From: a bacterium
Lineage (GTDB): Bacteria; Patescibacteriota; Minisyncoccia; UBA6257; HR35
DNA length: 64,000 nucleotides
Direction of reading: 5' to 3'
NCBI GenBank assembly: GCA_041640295.1
Contig: JBEQAR010000001.1
Location: forward strand, 16,453 to 80,452
In this document: one piece after another, positions 41,092 to 50,074 of the stretch
How the letters are laid out: every line of letters begins with the position of its first letter
Numbering within the stretch: the stretch's first letter is position 1
The notes under the pieces: generated by a model
The model's database searches: none
What the model saw: the letters and a program-made list of their open reading frames with translations, nothing else
Told to the model about the DNA's origin: nothing
Program-made: the position numbers and the translations under genes

Positions 41092-41877
41092 TTACCTAAC
41101 AACAAGTGTGCCGTTGAGGTCGGTTCGCCAATAAGGAATATGAAGAATATTTAATTTTTGTATAGTTTCGTAATGAGGATGGCCATATCGATTTTCTCCT
41201 ACCTGAATGACTGCCCTTTTAAAATTAGCTAAAAAAAATCTATCAGAAGAATATTTTGAGCCATGGTGGGGAATCAAAAGATAATCAGCTTTAATTGATT
41301 TTTCATATTTGCTTAATAAATATTTTTCTATTTTTTGATCAATATCACCTGTAAGCAAGAAATTTTTATTATTTTTAAAAACCTTAATAACTAATGAATT
41401 TTGGTTATCGTTTTTATATCGGCGATCTGGATGTAAAATAAAAATTTTTTCAAATGGTGTTTCTATTTTATCATTAGCTTTAAGAGTAATCAGCGGAATA
41501 TTTTTTTCTTTAGCTAATTGAAGAAATTTCAAATACCCACTATCTGAAGAAAAATAAGGAGAAATAATTATGGCACCTATTTGATATCGTTCCATCAAAT
41601 CAAAAATTCCTCCGTAATGATCTTTATCTGAATGTGAAATTAAAATTAAATCAATCCGACGATGATAAAATTTAGATAAACTTTGTATTTCGCGAACTGT
41701 TTTTAGACCATAAGGACCAGCATCATAAAGAATTTTTAAGCGAGGATGATAAATTAATACACTACTTCCCTGCCCAACATTTAAAAAAGCTACAAAACTC
41801 TCATTATCAAAATTACTAACTATATACCAAAACAAAAAAATATTAATTAAAACTAAAATTAAAATCAAGCCTCTCAT
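41092..41877 (-). CDS. comEC: ComEC/Rec2 C-terminal metallo-beta-lactamase domain protein (separate ORF)
   Basis: MBL motifs are present: FLNVGQGSSVLIY and LILISHSDKDHYGG (HxHxDH-like), then IPHHGS. There is an N-terminal hydrophobic helix. The ORF overlaps the upstream ComEC membrane ORF by 35 nt in a different frame. Confidence 0.75.
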   Translation of the reverse strand: MRGLILILVLINIFLFWYIVSNFDNESFVAFLNVGQGSSVLIYHPRLKILYDAGPYGLKTVREIQSLSKFYHRRIDLILISHSDKDHYGGIFDLMERYQIGAIIISPYFSSDSGYLKFLQLAKEKNIPLITLKANDKIETPFEKIFILHPDRRYKNDNQNSLVIKVFKNNKNFLLTGDIDQKIEKYLLSKYEKSIKADYLLIPHHGSKYSSDRFFLANFKRAVIQVGENRYGHPHYETIQKLNILHIPYWRTDLNGTLVVR

Positions 41878-43129
41878 TTTTATTAATTTTAATCATATAA
41901 AAAAATATCAAAAAATAAATAGCAAGAGTAAAAACTAATGGCATTGGTAAGTATAATTTTGGTAATTTAGCTAAAAAATTAATAATTAATCCAAAGAGTT
42001 CAAAAGGTAAATTGATAATCTGATTAACTGGATAAAAATAAACTAAAAATAAACTAAAAAATCCAATAAGCATTAAATAAGGAATAATAGAAACAACTAG
42101 AGCATTATTAAAAAACGAAAAAAGATTAAATTCGCCAAATTTATACCACAAAAGAGGAATAACTAAAATTTGAGCTGAAATAACTTCACTTAAAAATTTA
42201 AATTTCAAAATTTTTCTAAAATATTCCTCCCAATAAACAAGACCAACGGTTGCTAAAATAGAAAGTTGAAAACCCAAATCATTAACTAAGGCTAAAGGGT
42301 CAAATAGACTAATTATCAAAGCAGTAAAAATTAAAACATTCCTTTGAAGAGCTGGCTTGCCAATTAATTTAGAAAAAATAAAAACTATCATCATTATTCC
42401 TGCTCGAATTACCGAAGATTGAAAACCAGTTAAAACAACAAAAATCAAAATAAAAATTATTGACAAAAAATTAATTAGAAAAAAATTAAAAGCTAAAGAA
42501 TTAAATAAACGATGAACAGCTGAAGAAATAACAATAAGGTTATAACCAGACATTGCTGTAATGTGAGAAAGTCCTGAATGACGAAAATTCTCTCTTAATT
42601 CTTTATCATTTATCTCACGACCATATAAAATCCCACTTATTATTTCTGAACTAACTAAGGAATAATTTTTATCAATCAATTGATTAATATAATTTCGTAA
42701 TTGATAAAATGGAGTATAAATTGAATGTTTGACTTCTTTCAGTTCCTTAATAAAAATTCTATTTCCCTGAATATCAAATTGAGCAATAAGACTATCTTTA
42801 GGAAATAATTTATTGTAATAATAAGGTAAATAGACAAAATAATTTTCTCCCTTGAATTTACCTAAATATTTATGGTAGTAATTAGTTGAAGGAAATTCTT
42901 TTATTAAATAAATTTTATTATCAGCAGTTTGCTTTTGAATTAATTGAAAAAATATCAAATAACCTCCACCCAATAAAAAAGCCAAAGAAAATAATAAAAC
43001 TAAAAATAATCTTCGAAAAAATACTAAACTAATAAAAACAAAAATCAACCAAAAATTAAAATAATACTTCAAAATAATACCCAAAAGAAAAAAGAGCGAA
43101 AAGAAAAAGAAAAGATTAGCAGGCATCAA
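41843..43129 (-). CDS. comEC: ComEC/Rec2 competence-domain polytopic membrane protein (DNA internalisation channel)
   Basis: The 428-aa product has multiple TM helices and the competence-domain motif NFRHSGLSHITAMSGYNLIVIS, which matches the ComEC SGLH..A.SG.N region. Confidence 0.7.
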   Translation of the reverse strand: MMPANLFFFFSLFFLLGIILKYYFNFWLIFVFISLVFFRRLFLVLLFSLAFLLGGGYLIFFQLIQKQTADNKIYLIKEFPSTNYYHKYLGKFKGENYFVYLPYYYNKLFPKDSLIAQFDIQGNRIFIKELKEVKHSIYTPFYQLRNYINQLIDKNYSLVSSEIISGILYGREINDKELRENFRHSGLSHITAMSGYNLIVISSAVHRLFNSLAFNFFLINFLSIIFILIFVVLTGFQSSVIRAGIMMIVFIFSKLIGKPALQRNVLIFTALIISLFDPLALVNDLGFQLSILATVGLVYWEEYFRKILKFKFLSEVISAQILVIPLLWYKFGEFNLFSFFNNALVVSIIPYLMLIGFFSLFLVYFYPVNQIINLPFELFGLIINFLAKLPKLYLPMPLVFTLAIYFLIFFYMIKINKNERLDFNFSFN

Positions 43130-43132
43130 TTT

Positions 43133-44599
43133 TTATGGCGAACCGAAAATAAATTTCAAAGCAGAGAAAATAGCTGAAACAACTAATAACAAAAAGTAAC
43201 CAATAACTGCCCACTTGAGATATTCTGAACCTGTTTTAATATATTCAACTTTAATGGGTGAAATAACATAAAAAATTGCTCCAACAATTAGAAGAATAAT
43301 AAAAATTATCGGTGCTAAATCGAAAATAAAATTTCTTACTTCATCAAAAATTCTTTCGGGAGTAATTTCTCCTAATGATTCAGCCCCTCGATGCTCATCT
43401 ACCCAAACCACGGGCGGTATTACTGCTATTGGTACTTCTGTTGTCGCTATTTCAAGCTCTACCCAATTAAAAGAAAATTGACTATTAAAATTTTGAACAG
43501 CTTCTTGAAAATCTTGGACTACCTCATCTATAGTATTACCCCCAGGAGTTTGACCTGTTATCAAGGTTTCTTTTAAACATAATCTAAAAAAATCATTAAA
43601 AAGTTTTTGACTAGAACTAGCTAAATTATTCCAGAAATCAGCCTCTTGTTCGATTTGATTGGGATAAATATTTTGAAACCCTCTTTGATATCCCTGATTT
43701 CTATTAAGATTCACTATGCTAGTTGTCTTATTAAATGTTATTAAAAAACCTTGTTTATATATTGTTTCTAATAAATCTGGTATGGTTCGTCCTTGCATCG
43801 TAGAAGACGATATTGCTGAAGAGAATTTATTTAAATTAGTTAAAATATTACTTAATGTTGTAACATCATTTATACTAGTAATATCATTCCTAATTTCATT
43901 TAAAGTATTTAAACACCCTTTAATTGACCTCACTGTATTTCCCCACAACACCCCATCGTATTCTTGAATAACTCGTGAAAAATAATTTAAATAATTTTCA
44001 ATTTTTTCTAATAAATTACTTTCTCTTAAAAAATTTAAGTAAGTACGTAATAACGAGCTATCGCTTCCGAGGTTTTTAGGTGAGCAATTTAAATTAGCAC
44101 AACTAAAAAAATCAATATAATTAGTACCCCTTTCACCGTCATTATTATTAACAATAAATATTCTAATAACATCCCGAGCAACACTTTCACCCGATAAAGT
44201 TCCTTCATCAACACCCATTCCAATCTCATAATCACCAAAATTTGAAATATTAAGATCAGGAAATATGTAATTCCACAAATCAATTATGGTATTGTAATTA
44301 GAAATACTAGAAGTAGGAAAATTCCTTAATCTAGTTTTTGCATCAATAAATTTAGAAAAAATATAAGGATAAGGAAATTCATCTCTGTAACAATTTCCAT
44401 TAATATATCTACAAGCATAATATACAGGACTTCCATCATTACCTATATTTTGTAATAACCTATTTATGCTACTAAATTTTCTTACTATCTCATCAATTTT
44501 TCCTATTATCTGTCCTCTTAACTCCTGAGCGGTTTGTCCATAAACAAAATTAGAATTGAAGAATATTAATAAAATTAAAACTATAATTACCCTCCTCAT
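43133..44599 (-). CDS. Secreted protein with a C-terminal pilin-like TM hairpin
   Basis: The 488-aa product has a signal peptide (VYG-QT), a Cys-containing N/S/T-rich ectodomain and a C-terminus of TM, short K-rich loop, TM. That hairpin has the same architecture as the two downstream small proteins. Confidence 0.5.
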   Translation of the reverse strand: MRRVIIVLILLIFFNSNFVYGQTAQELRGQIIGKIDEIVRKFSSINRLLQNIGNDGSPVYYACRYINGNCYRDEFPYPYIFSKFIDAKTRLRNFPTSSISNYNTIIDLWNYIFPDLNISNFGDYEIGMGVDEGTLSGESVARDVIRIFIVNNNDGERGTNYIDFFSCANLNCSPKNLGSDSSLLRTYLNFLRESNLLEKIENYLNYFSRVIQEYDGVLWGNTVRSIKGCLNTLNEIRNDITSINDVTTLSNILTNLNKFSSAISSSTMQGRTIPDLLETIYKQGFLITFNKTTSIVNLNRNQGYQRGFQNIYPNQIEQEADFWNNLASSSQKLFNDFFRLCLKETLITGQTPGGNTIDEVVQDFQEAVQNFNSQFSFNWVELEIATTEVPIAVIPPVVWVDEHRGAESLGEITPERIFDEVRNFIFDLAPIIFIILLIVGAIFYVISPIKVEYIKTGSEYLKWAVIGYFLLLVVSAIFSALKFIFGSP

Positions 44600-45048
44600 C
44601 TTACCAGTTGATTAATTGCTTCCAAAATTTCCCGGGCGATAAAAATTATTATAAAACCTAAAATAGTCCAAAAGAAAGTTTTTTTTGCTAAATCTAAATA
44701 ATCTTTTTTAAATGGGGAATAAATCAAAAATCCAGCAATTAAAGTTAAAGAAATTAAAAATAAAATAACTGCAATATATTGAAGTACTCCTAAAACTCTT
44801 ATCAAACAGTTGTTAATTTTTTCAAAAGCATTTGAACCCTGAAGACAAGCAACATCAGCTGCTGGTCTAAAATATTGATAAAAATATCGCCAACCTTCAG
44901 GAGACAAAACATTAACTTCAGAGGAAGTTGATTCTGTTGTAGTTGAAGTTGTAGAAGTAGTTGATGTTGATGATGTTTGTGAATAAATTAAATGATTGAC
45001 TATCAATAGATTAAAAACTAAAATTGAAATTAAAATAAATTTTCTCAT
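44596..45048 (-). CDS. Small secreted pilin-like protein (VirB2/TrbC-like topology) with a Ser/Thr-rich linker
   Basis: The 150-aa product has a signal peptide (IYS-QT), an STSTTSTTSTTTESTSS tract and a Cys pair (VAC...NNC), then two TM helices separated by a KK-containing loop. Confidence 0.55.
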   Translation of the reverse strand: MRKFILISILVFNLLIVNHLIYSQTSSTSTTSTTSTTTESTSSEVNVLSPEGWRYFYQYFRPAADVACLQGSNAFEKINNCLIRVLGVLQYIAVILFLISLTLIAGFLIYSPFKKDYLDLAKKTFFWTILGFIIIFIAREILEAINQLVR

Positions 45049-45050
45049 TT

Positions 45051-45419
45051 TTAATAACCAGTATAAATATAAATCTTCGGCTTAAGAAAATCTAAAATTA
45101 AATCAAAAAATATTCCAGCTAAAAGAAGCAAAACATAATAAGTAACTGCATTGACCATCATTGTTCTACCTTTTTCTAACCAATTTTTAGTAGCTCCACC
45201 AAACATCATCATAAAAGCACCAATTAAAGCTACTAAAGCAGCTATCCAATAACCTAAAATCAGTAAAAATCTAATTACATTTTGAACAGCATTAATAAAG
45301 TCCCTCAAAGTACAAGAATCAGGAGTGCAATTTTTACCAACTAAACCACCTGACTGAGCAAAAATATAATTATTAAAGATAGATAAAATAAAAATAAAAA
45401 TTAATAAATTTTTAATCAT
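45051..45419 (-). CDS. Small secreted pilin-like protein (VirB2/TrbC-like topology)
   Basis: The 122-aa product has a signal peptide (IFA-QS), a Cys pair (NCTPDSC), TM1 (VIRFLLILGYWIAALVALIGAFMMMFGG), a basic loop and TM2. Confidence 0.55.
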   Translation of the reverse strand: MIKNLLIFIFILSIFNNYIFAQSGGLVGKNCTPDSCTLRDFINAVQNVIRFLLILGYWIAALVALIGAFMMMFGGATKNWLEKGRTMMVNAVTYYVLLLLAGIFFDLILDFLKPKIYIYTGY

Positions 45420-46645
45420 TTTTTGAAAAATTTAAAAATATCAGTTCGTCTGAGAATATTTTTTAAATTATCTTTATTAGTTAGCCAACTATCAAAATAT
45501 TTTGGTAAAGCATTATTCAACTCATCATAATTAATATTAGTAAAGTAATCACCAATTAACATTTCATTAATTACTATCTTACTTTCTTTATCTAAATCAT
45601 TAAACAAATCTTTTCTTAAGGGAATTAAATTATTTCTTTTAGCAAATTCTGGATAAATCTTATCAAATTCTTCTAAAAATAACCAACTATATTTAGACTT
45701 TTTGTTTTTGATTACTCCTAAATAATAAACTTTTAGATAATTATATTTTTTCAGGGATTGGCTAAATTTTGGAAAACCAGCAACAGAAAATTCTAACCTT
45801 GAATTACTATCAATAATTTTTTTCTTTTGAGAATAGAAAGCTGGTAACATAATTAATCTTTCTTGAGCAAAAGCTAATAAAGCATTAGGTAAATTATCAT
45901 CCCAAGAATATAAATTTGAATAAGGATTAGTAAATTGAGTTAAATAATCAAAAGTTTTCTCAAAAGCGCTACTATTTTTTTCTGACTCTTGATTTAAATT
46001 TTTATTAATCACCAAAAAAATCTCAACAAAATTATCAATATTCGATTTTCCTAAAGCAATAGGGGCTAATTCAAGATAATTAAAATTAGCTTGTCTTAAC
46101 TGAGGGATAGCTTGTTCAATTTCTTCAAAAGTTTTTGGAGGTTCATACAAACCAGCATTAGCTAAATATCTATTATTAACAAACAAAACTAATGTATCAA
46201 AAGTTAATGGATAAAGATTGAATTTATTGTTTAATGGCTTAAAAATTATTTCAGGGTAATTATCAATAGTAAGCTTTTTATTTTTATATTCATCAAAAAT
46301 TTTCAAATTATTAAAAGCAAATTCGTTATCAACATAAACAATATCAGGACCGCGACCGGCAGCAGTTTCTAATAATAAAGTTTCTTTAATTTCTTCTAAT
46401 GATTTCTTTTCAACATTAACTGTTAAACAATATTTATTAACTGATTTAATTGCTTTTCTAAACTCTTGAAATGGAATTGGTGACCAAATAACTAATTTTT
46501 GATTATAGCAAGGAAATTCTGATTTCTTCCTCCGACTTGCAAAAAATGCCCGATCAATTAAAAAAGCTACCACAATTATTATTAAAAGAAAAAATATAAC
46601 TATAGTGATAGGTCTATCTCTTAAATCTTTTAATATTCGGTCCAT
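45416..46645 (-). CDS. Membrane-anchored extracytoplasmic solute-binding-protein-like protein
   Basis: The 409-aa product has an N-terminal TM anchor and then an SBP family-1-like pattern (QKLVIWSPIP and AAGRGPDIVYVDNEFAFNNL). Confidence 0.4.
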   Translation of the reverse strand: MDRILKDLRDRPITIVIFFLLIIIVVAFLIDRAFFASRRKKSEFPCYNQKLVIWSPIPFQEFRKAIKSVNKYCLTVNVEKKSLEEIKETLLLETAAGRGPDIVYVDNEFAFNNLKIFDEYKNKKLTIDNYPEIIFKPLNNKFNLYPLTFDTLVLFVNNRYLANAGLYEPPKTFEEIEQAIPQLRQANFNYLELAPIALGKSNIDNFVEIFLVINKNLNQESEKNSSAFEKTFDYLTQFTNPYSNLYSWDDNLPNALLAFAQERLIMLPAFYSQKKKIIDSNSRLEFSVAGFPKFSQSLKKYNYLKVYYLGVIKNKKSKYSWLFLEEFDKIYPEFAKRNNLIPLRKDLFNDLDKESKIVINEMLIGDYFTNINYDELNNALPKYFDSWLTNKDNLKNILRRTDIFKFFKK

Positions 46646-47152
46646 TTACTTTTGAGCTACTATTAGATAATAATCACCGAAAAATTTTTGAAAAATTATC
46701 CTCTTATTTTTAATTTTAAAATATGTTTGAATAAATTCATAATCTATTGGCGTTCCAGCAAGAAAAGGTAATTTCTTATTAGGCTCTAAAATAATTATTA
46801 ATCCATCTGGTTTTGTAATTCTTAAAGCACTATCTAAGATTTTATCATAACCTTCATTTTGAAATAAAATTTGACTAATAAAAACTACATCAAAATAATT
46901 GTCCTCTAAAGATAAATTTTTCACATCAGCCCTCAAAAAATGCACATTCTGATAACCATAAATATTAACTAATTCTTCAGCTTCTTTTAAATTATCTTCC
47001 AAAATATCAATAGCATAAACTTCTACACCTTTTTCAGCCAGCCATACAGTAAAATAACCACCACCACAACCGAATTCAGCAATTTTATCACCTTTCTTAA
47101 TAAACAAATTTTTAGTTAAGATATTAATAATTTCTTGTGGTTTAATAAACAT
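46646..47152 (-). CDS. Class I SAM-dependent methyltransferase
   Basis: Motif I is IAEFGCGGGYFTVWLAEKG, followed by the acidic motif II VYAIDILEDN. Confidence 0.75.
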   Translation of the reverse strand: MFIKPQEIINILTKNLFIKKGDKIAEFGCGGGYFTVWLAEKGVEVYAIDILEDNLKEAEELVNIYGYQNVHFLRADVKNLSLEDNYFDVVFISQILFQNEGYDKILDSALRITKPDGLIIILEPNKKLPFLAGTPIDYEFIQTYFKIKNKRIIFQKFFGDYYLIVAQK

Positions 47153-47154
47153 TA

Positions 47155-48495
47155 CTATTCTAAATTAATTTCTTCGTTGATTTTGGGTATTTCAGTTTTA
47201 ATCCCCAAATAATCTTCAAGACGAATTTTTAATTGAATTTTTGCTTTTTCATCGCCTTGAACTAAAAATACAGTTTTTAATCTTTTTCTTTGAGGACTAA
47301 CCCAATCAATAATTCCTTCTTGATCTTTATGACCTGAATAACTTAATAATTTTTCTATCTTAGCCTTAACTAAATATTTCTCACCATCTAAAGAAATATT
47401 TTTCACCCCCTCTAAAATTTCTCTTCCTAAAGATCCTTCTGGCTGATAACCAACAAATAAAATTGTCGTTAATGGCTTATCAATAAAATATTTTAAGATA
47501 TTAATAATTTTTCCACCCTTAAGCATTCCAGAGCTGGAAATAATAATTTTAGGATTAGGATAATCAACAATTTTTTTAATATCATTTTCTTCCACAATAT
47601 GTAAATAGGACAAATTTTCGTAATTTCTACGAATAAAAAAATTTTTTGCCTGCTCATTAAGAAAATCATAATACTTTTCGTAAATTCTTAAAATTCTAAT
47701 TCCCAAAGGAGTATCAAGAAAAATATTTATTTCTGGCACGCGTTTTTCTTCAACTAAAGAAATTAAATCATATAAAACTTCTTGACTTCTTTCCAAAGCG
47801 AAGGCTGGTATAATCAAGGTTCTTTTTTCTCTTAAGGTTTCTTCAACAATATCTTCTAAAATATCTTTTCGGTTCATTAAATCTTGATGAAGACGATCAC
47901 CATAAGTAGATTCTAAAACTAAATAATCTGCTTCGGGTAAGGGATCAGTTTCTCTTAAAAGTGGATCAATATTACCTAAATCGCCAGAAAAAATTAATAT
48001 TTTATTATCTCCTTTCACCTGAATAAATGCTGAACCTAAAATATGGCCGGCATCAAAGAACACTATTTCTAAATTATTAAAAGACAATTTTTCATAATAA
48101 TTAACTGTTCGCCATCTTTGAAAAACTTTTTTAATGTTTTCTTCTGTAACAAAATTATCTTTACCCAAAAAATGGCAATTTTCATTAATTACTTTTTGAG
48201 AGTCCAATAAAATTTCTTGAGCTAAATCTTTTGTAGGTAAAGTACTATAAATATAACCATTAAAACCCTCAGATAACAATTTAGGCAAACGACCAATATG
48301 GTCTAAATGAGAATGAGTAATTAATACAAAATCTATTTCTTTAGCCTGATAAATAAACGGTTCGAAATTTTCTAACTCACAAACATTTCTTCCTTGAATT
48401 AATCCGCAATCAACTAAAAATTTAGTATTATTAACTTCAACTAAATAATTAGCACCAGTTACCCTTTCTGCCCCTCCGCAAAATTTTATTTTCAT
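47155..48495 (-). CDS. MBL-fold beta-CASP family ribonuclease
   Basis: The MBL motif ITHSHLDHIGRLP is followed by a beta-CASP insertion and a C-terminal His motif. The 446-aa size is typical of the CPSF/Ysh1-like bacterial family. Confidence 0.75.
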   Translation of the reverse strand: MKIKFCGGAERVTGANYLVEVNNTKFLVDCGLIQGRNVCELENFEPFIYQAKEIDFVLITHSHLDHIGRLPKLLSEGFNGYIYSTLPTKDLAQEILLDSQKVINENCHFLGKDNFVTEENIKKVFQRWRTVNYYEKLSFNNLEIVFFDAGHILGSAFIQVKGDNKILIFSGDLGNIDPLLRETDPLPEADYLVLESTYGDRLHQDLMNRKDILEDIVEETLREKRTLIIPAFALERSQEVLYDLISLVEEKRVPEINIFLDTPLGIRILRIYEKYYDFLNEQAKNFFIRRNYENLSYLHIVEENDIKKIVDYPNPKIIISSSGMLKGGKIINILKYFIDKPLTTILFVGYQPEGSLGREILEGVKNISLDGEKYLVKAKIEKLLSYSGHKDQEGIIDWVSPQRKRLKTVFLVQGDEKAKIQLKIRLEDYLGIKTEIPKINEEINLE

Positions 48496-48530
48496 TTTTG
48501 ACTAAATTGACTAAATTTAATAATCTTGTT

Positions 48531-49130
48531 CTATATCGCAAAAATTTTTAATAATAAATTGAGAATAAAATTTTTAATTAATAAAATAAAATTAAAAGCG
48601 AAGAAGATAACAAAAATAATAAGTAAGAAACCGAATTGTTCAAGGTAGATTTGCATATTATAAGGCAAGAAAGAAAGAAAAATTCTTGAACCATCTAATG
48701 GTGGAATAGGTAAAAGATTAAAAATGGCAAGCAAGATATTTAAACTAATAAATGACAAAATTAACTGAGTATTAATAACCAAATTTAATAACATTGAAAT
48801 TTTTAACAAGGATAGCAAGATTAAAGCAATTAAAATATTAGTCACTGGTCCCATTAAAGCAACAATTGCCATATCTCTTTTAGGATTTTTAAAATTCAAA
48901 GGGTTAACAGGAACCGGTTTCGCCCAACCAAAAATAAAACCAGCGCTCAAAAAAGAAATTAGAGGTAAAATAATGGAACCAATAATATCTAAATGAGCAA
49001 TAGGATTAAGCGTTAATCTTCCCGCCAAACGTGGAGTATCATCACCCAATTTATCAGCAGTCAAACCATGAGCCAGCTCATGAAAAATAATTGAAATTAA
49101 CAAACCGGTAATCAAAATAATAATTTCCAT
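48531..49130 (-). CDS. Site-2 protease family zinc metalloprotease (peptidase M50)
   Basis: HELAHGLTA (HExxH) lies within a TM helix, with the downstream LDG motif (PPLDGSR). The protein is polytopic. Confidence 0.75.
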   Translation of the reverse strand: MEIIILITGLLISIIFHELAHGLTADKLGDDTPRLAGRLTLNPIAHLDIIGSIILPLISFLSAGFIFGWAKPVPVNPLNFKNPKRDMAIVALMGPVTNILIALILLSLLKISMLLNLVINTQLILSFISLNILLAIFNLLPIPPLDGSRIFLSFLPYNMQIYLEQFGFLLIIFVIFFAFNFILLIKNFILNLLLKIFAI

Positions 49131-49198
49131 TAAAAATTAATTATAACTTAAATAATTAGATAAAAATACTTAAATGATTATTTTTATATTTCTAAAAA

Positions 49199-50074
49199 TT
49201 AAGCAATTTCTCTCAAATAATCTTTAAACTCTTTAATTAACTCTAATTTTATCTTAGCTGAATAATATTCACCTAAATGAAATTTTGTCTTAAAAGAAAT
49301 AAATATTTCATAATATTCTGGAGTAATATTAAATTTTTCTTCTACTTTCAAATCATAAATTCTTTTATAGATACTTGCATTTTTTTCAACAAATTTATTA
49401 ATAGCTTCAATTTTTTCATCTATATTAACATCTTTATTAAATCTAATACCAACAAAAAATTTTTTATCATGACGACTTAAATTAGCAATGGTATTAATTT
49501 GACTATTGGGTAAAAAAATATAATTTCTTTCGCGATCCAAAAGAACCATCCCTCGCAAATCAAAATCAACTATTTTTCCAACAAAAGTATTATTAATATT
49601 TACCCACTCACCCTTACGAGCATGATCCTCAAAAATTAGTATCCAACCTCTAATAATATCTTGAATTATTCCTTGAAAACTAAAAACTATTGCTGCTCCC
49701 AAAACACCAGCACCAGTAATAATTGGGATAATTTGAATATTAAATTCACGAAGAACAAAAAGTAAAATAGCAAAAAAAGCCAAAATTTTAAAAATTGACC
49801 TAAAAACAGAAACTAAAGTAGCAACTCTTTCTTTATAGAATTCTAAATTTTTATGAGTTCTTATTCTGATAGTTATTTTTAATAATTGAGAAACTAAAAA
49901 CTTTAACAAGTAATAAAGAATAATAATCAAAAAAACAAAAATAATTATCTCAATTAAGTTATCATAATTAGTGCTAATAAATTTTCTTAATAAATCGTAA
50001 TAATTAGAAATATTGCTTTGAACAATTTTTATAAATGTTTTTGAAAATTCTTTAATATCCTCTAAAATGAACAT
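49199..50074 (-). CDS. mscS: Mechanosensitive ion channel, MscS family
   Basis: The protein has three N-terminal TM helices, and the pore-lining helix context GAGVLGAAIVFSFQGIIQDIIRGWILIFE is followed by the MscS beta-domain. Confidence 0.75.
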   Translation of the reverse strand: MFILEDIKEFSKTFIKIVQSNISNYYDLLRKFISTNYDNLIEIIIFVFLIIILYYLLKFLVSQLLKITIRIRTHKNLEFYKERVATLVSVFRSIFKILAFFAILLFVLREFNIQIIPIITGAGVLGAAIVFSFQGIIQDIIRGWILIFEDHARKGEWVNINNTFVGKIVDFDLRGMVLLDRERNYIFLPNSQINTIANLSRHDKKFFVGIRFNKDVNIDEKIEAINKFVEKNASIYKRIYDLKVEEKFNITPEYYEIFISFKTKFHLGEYYSAKIKLELIKEFKDYLREIA

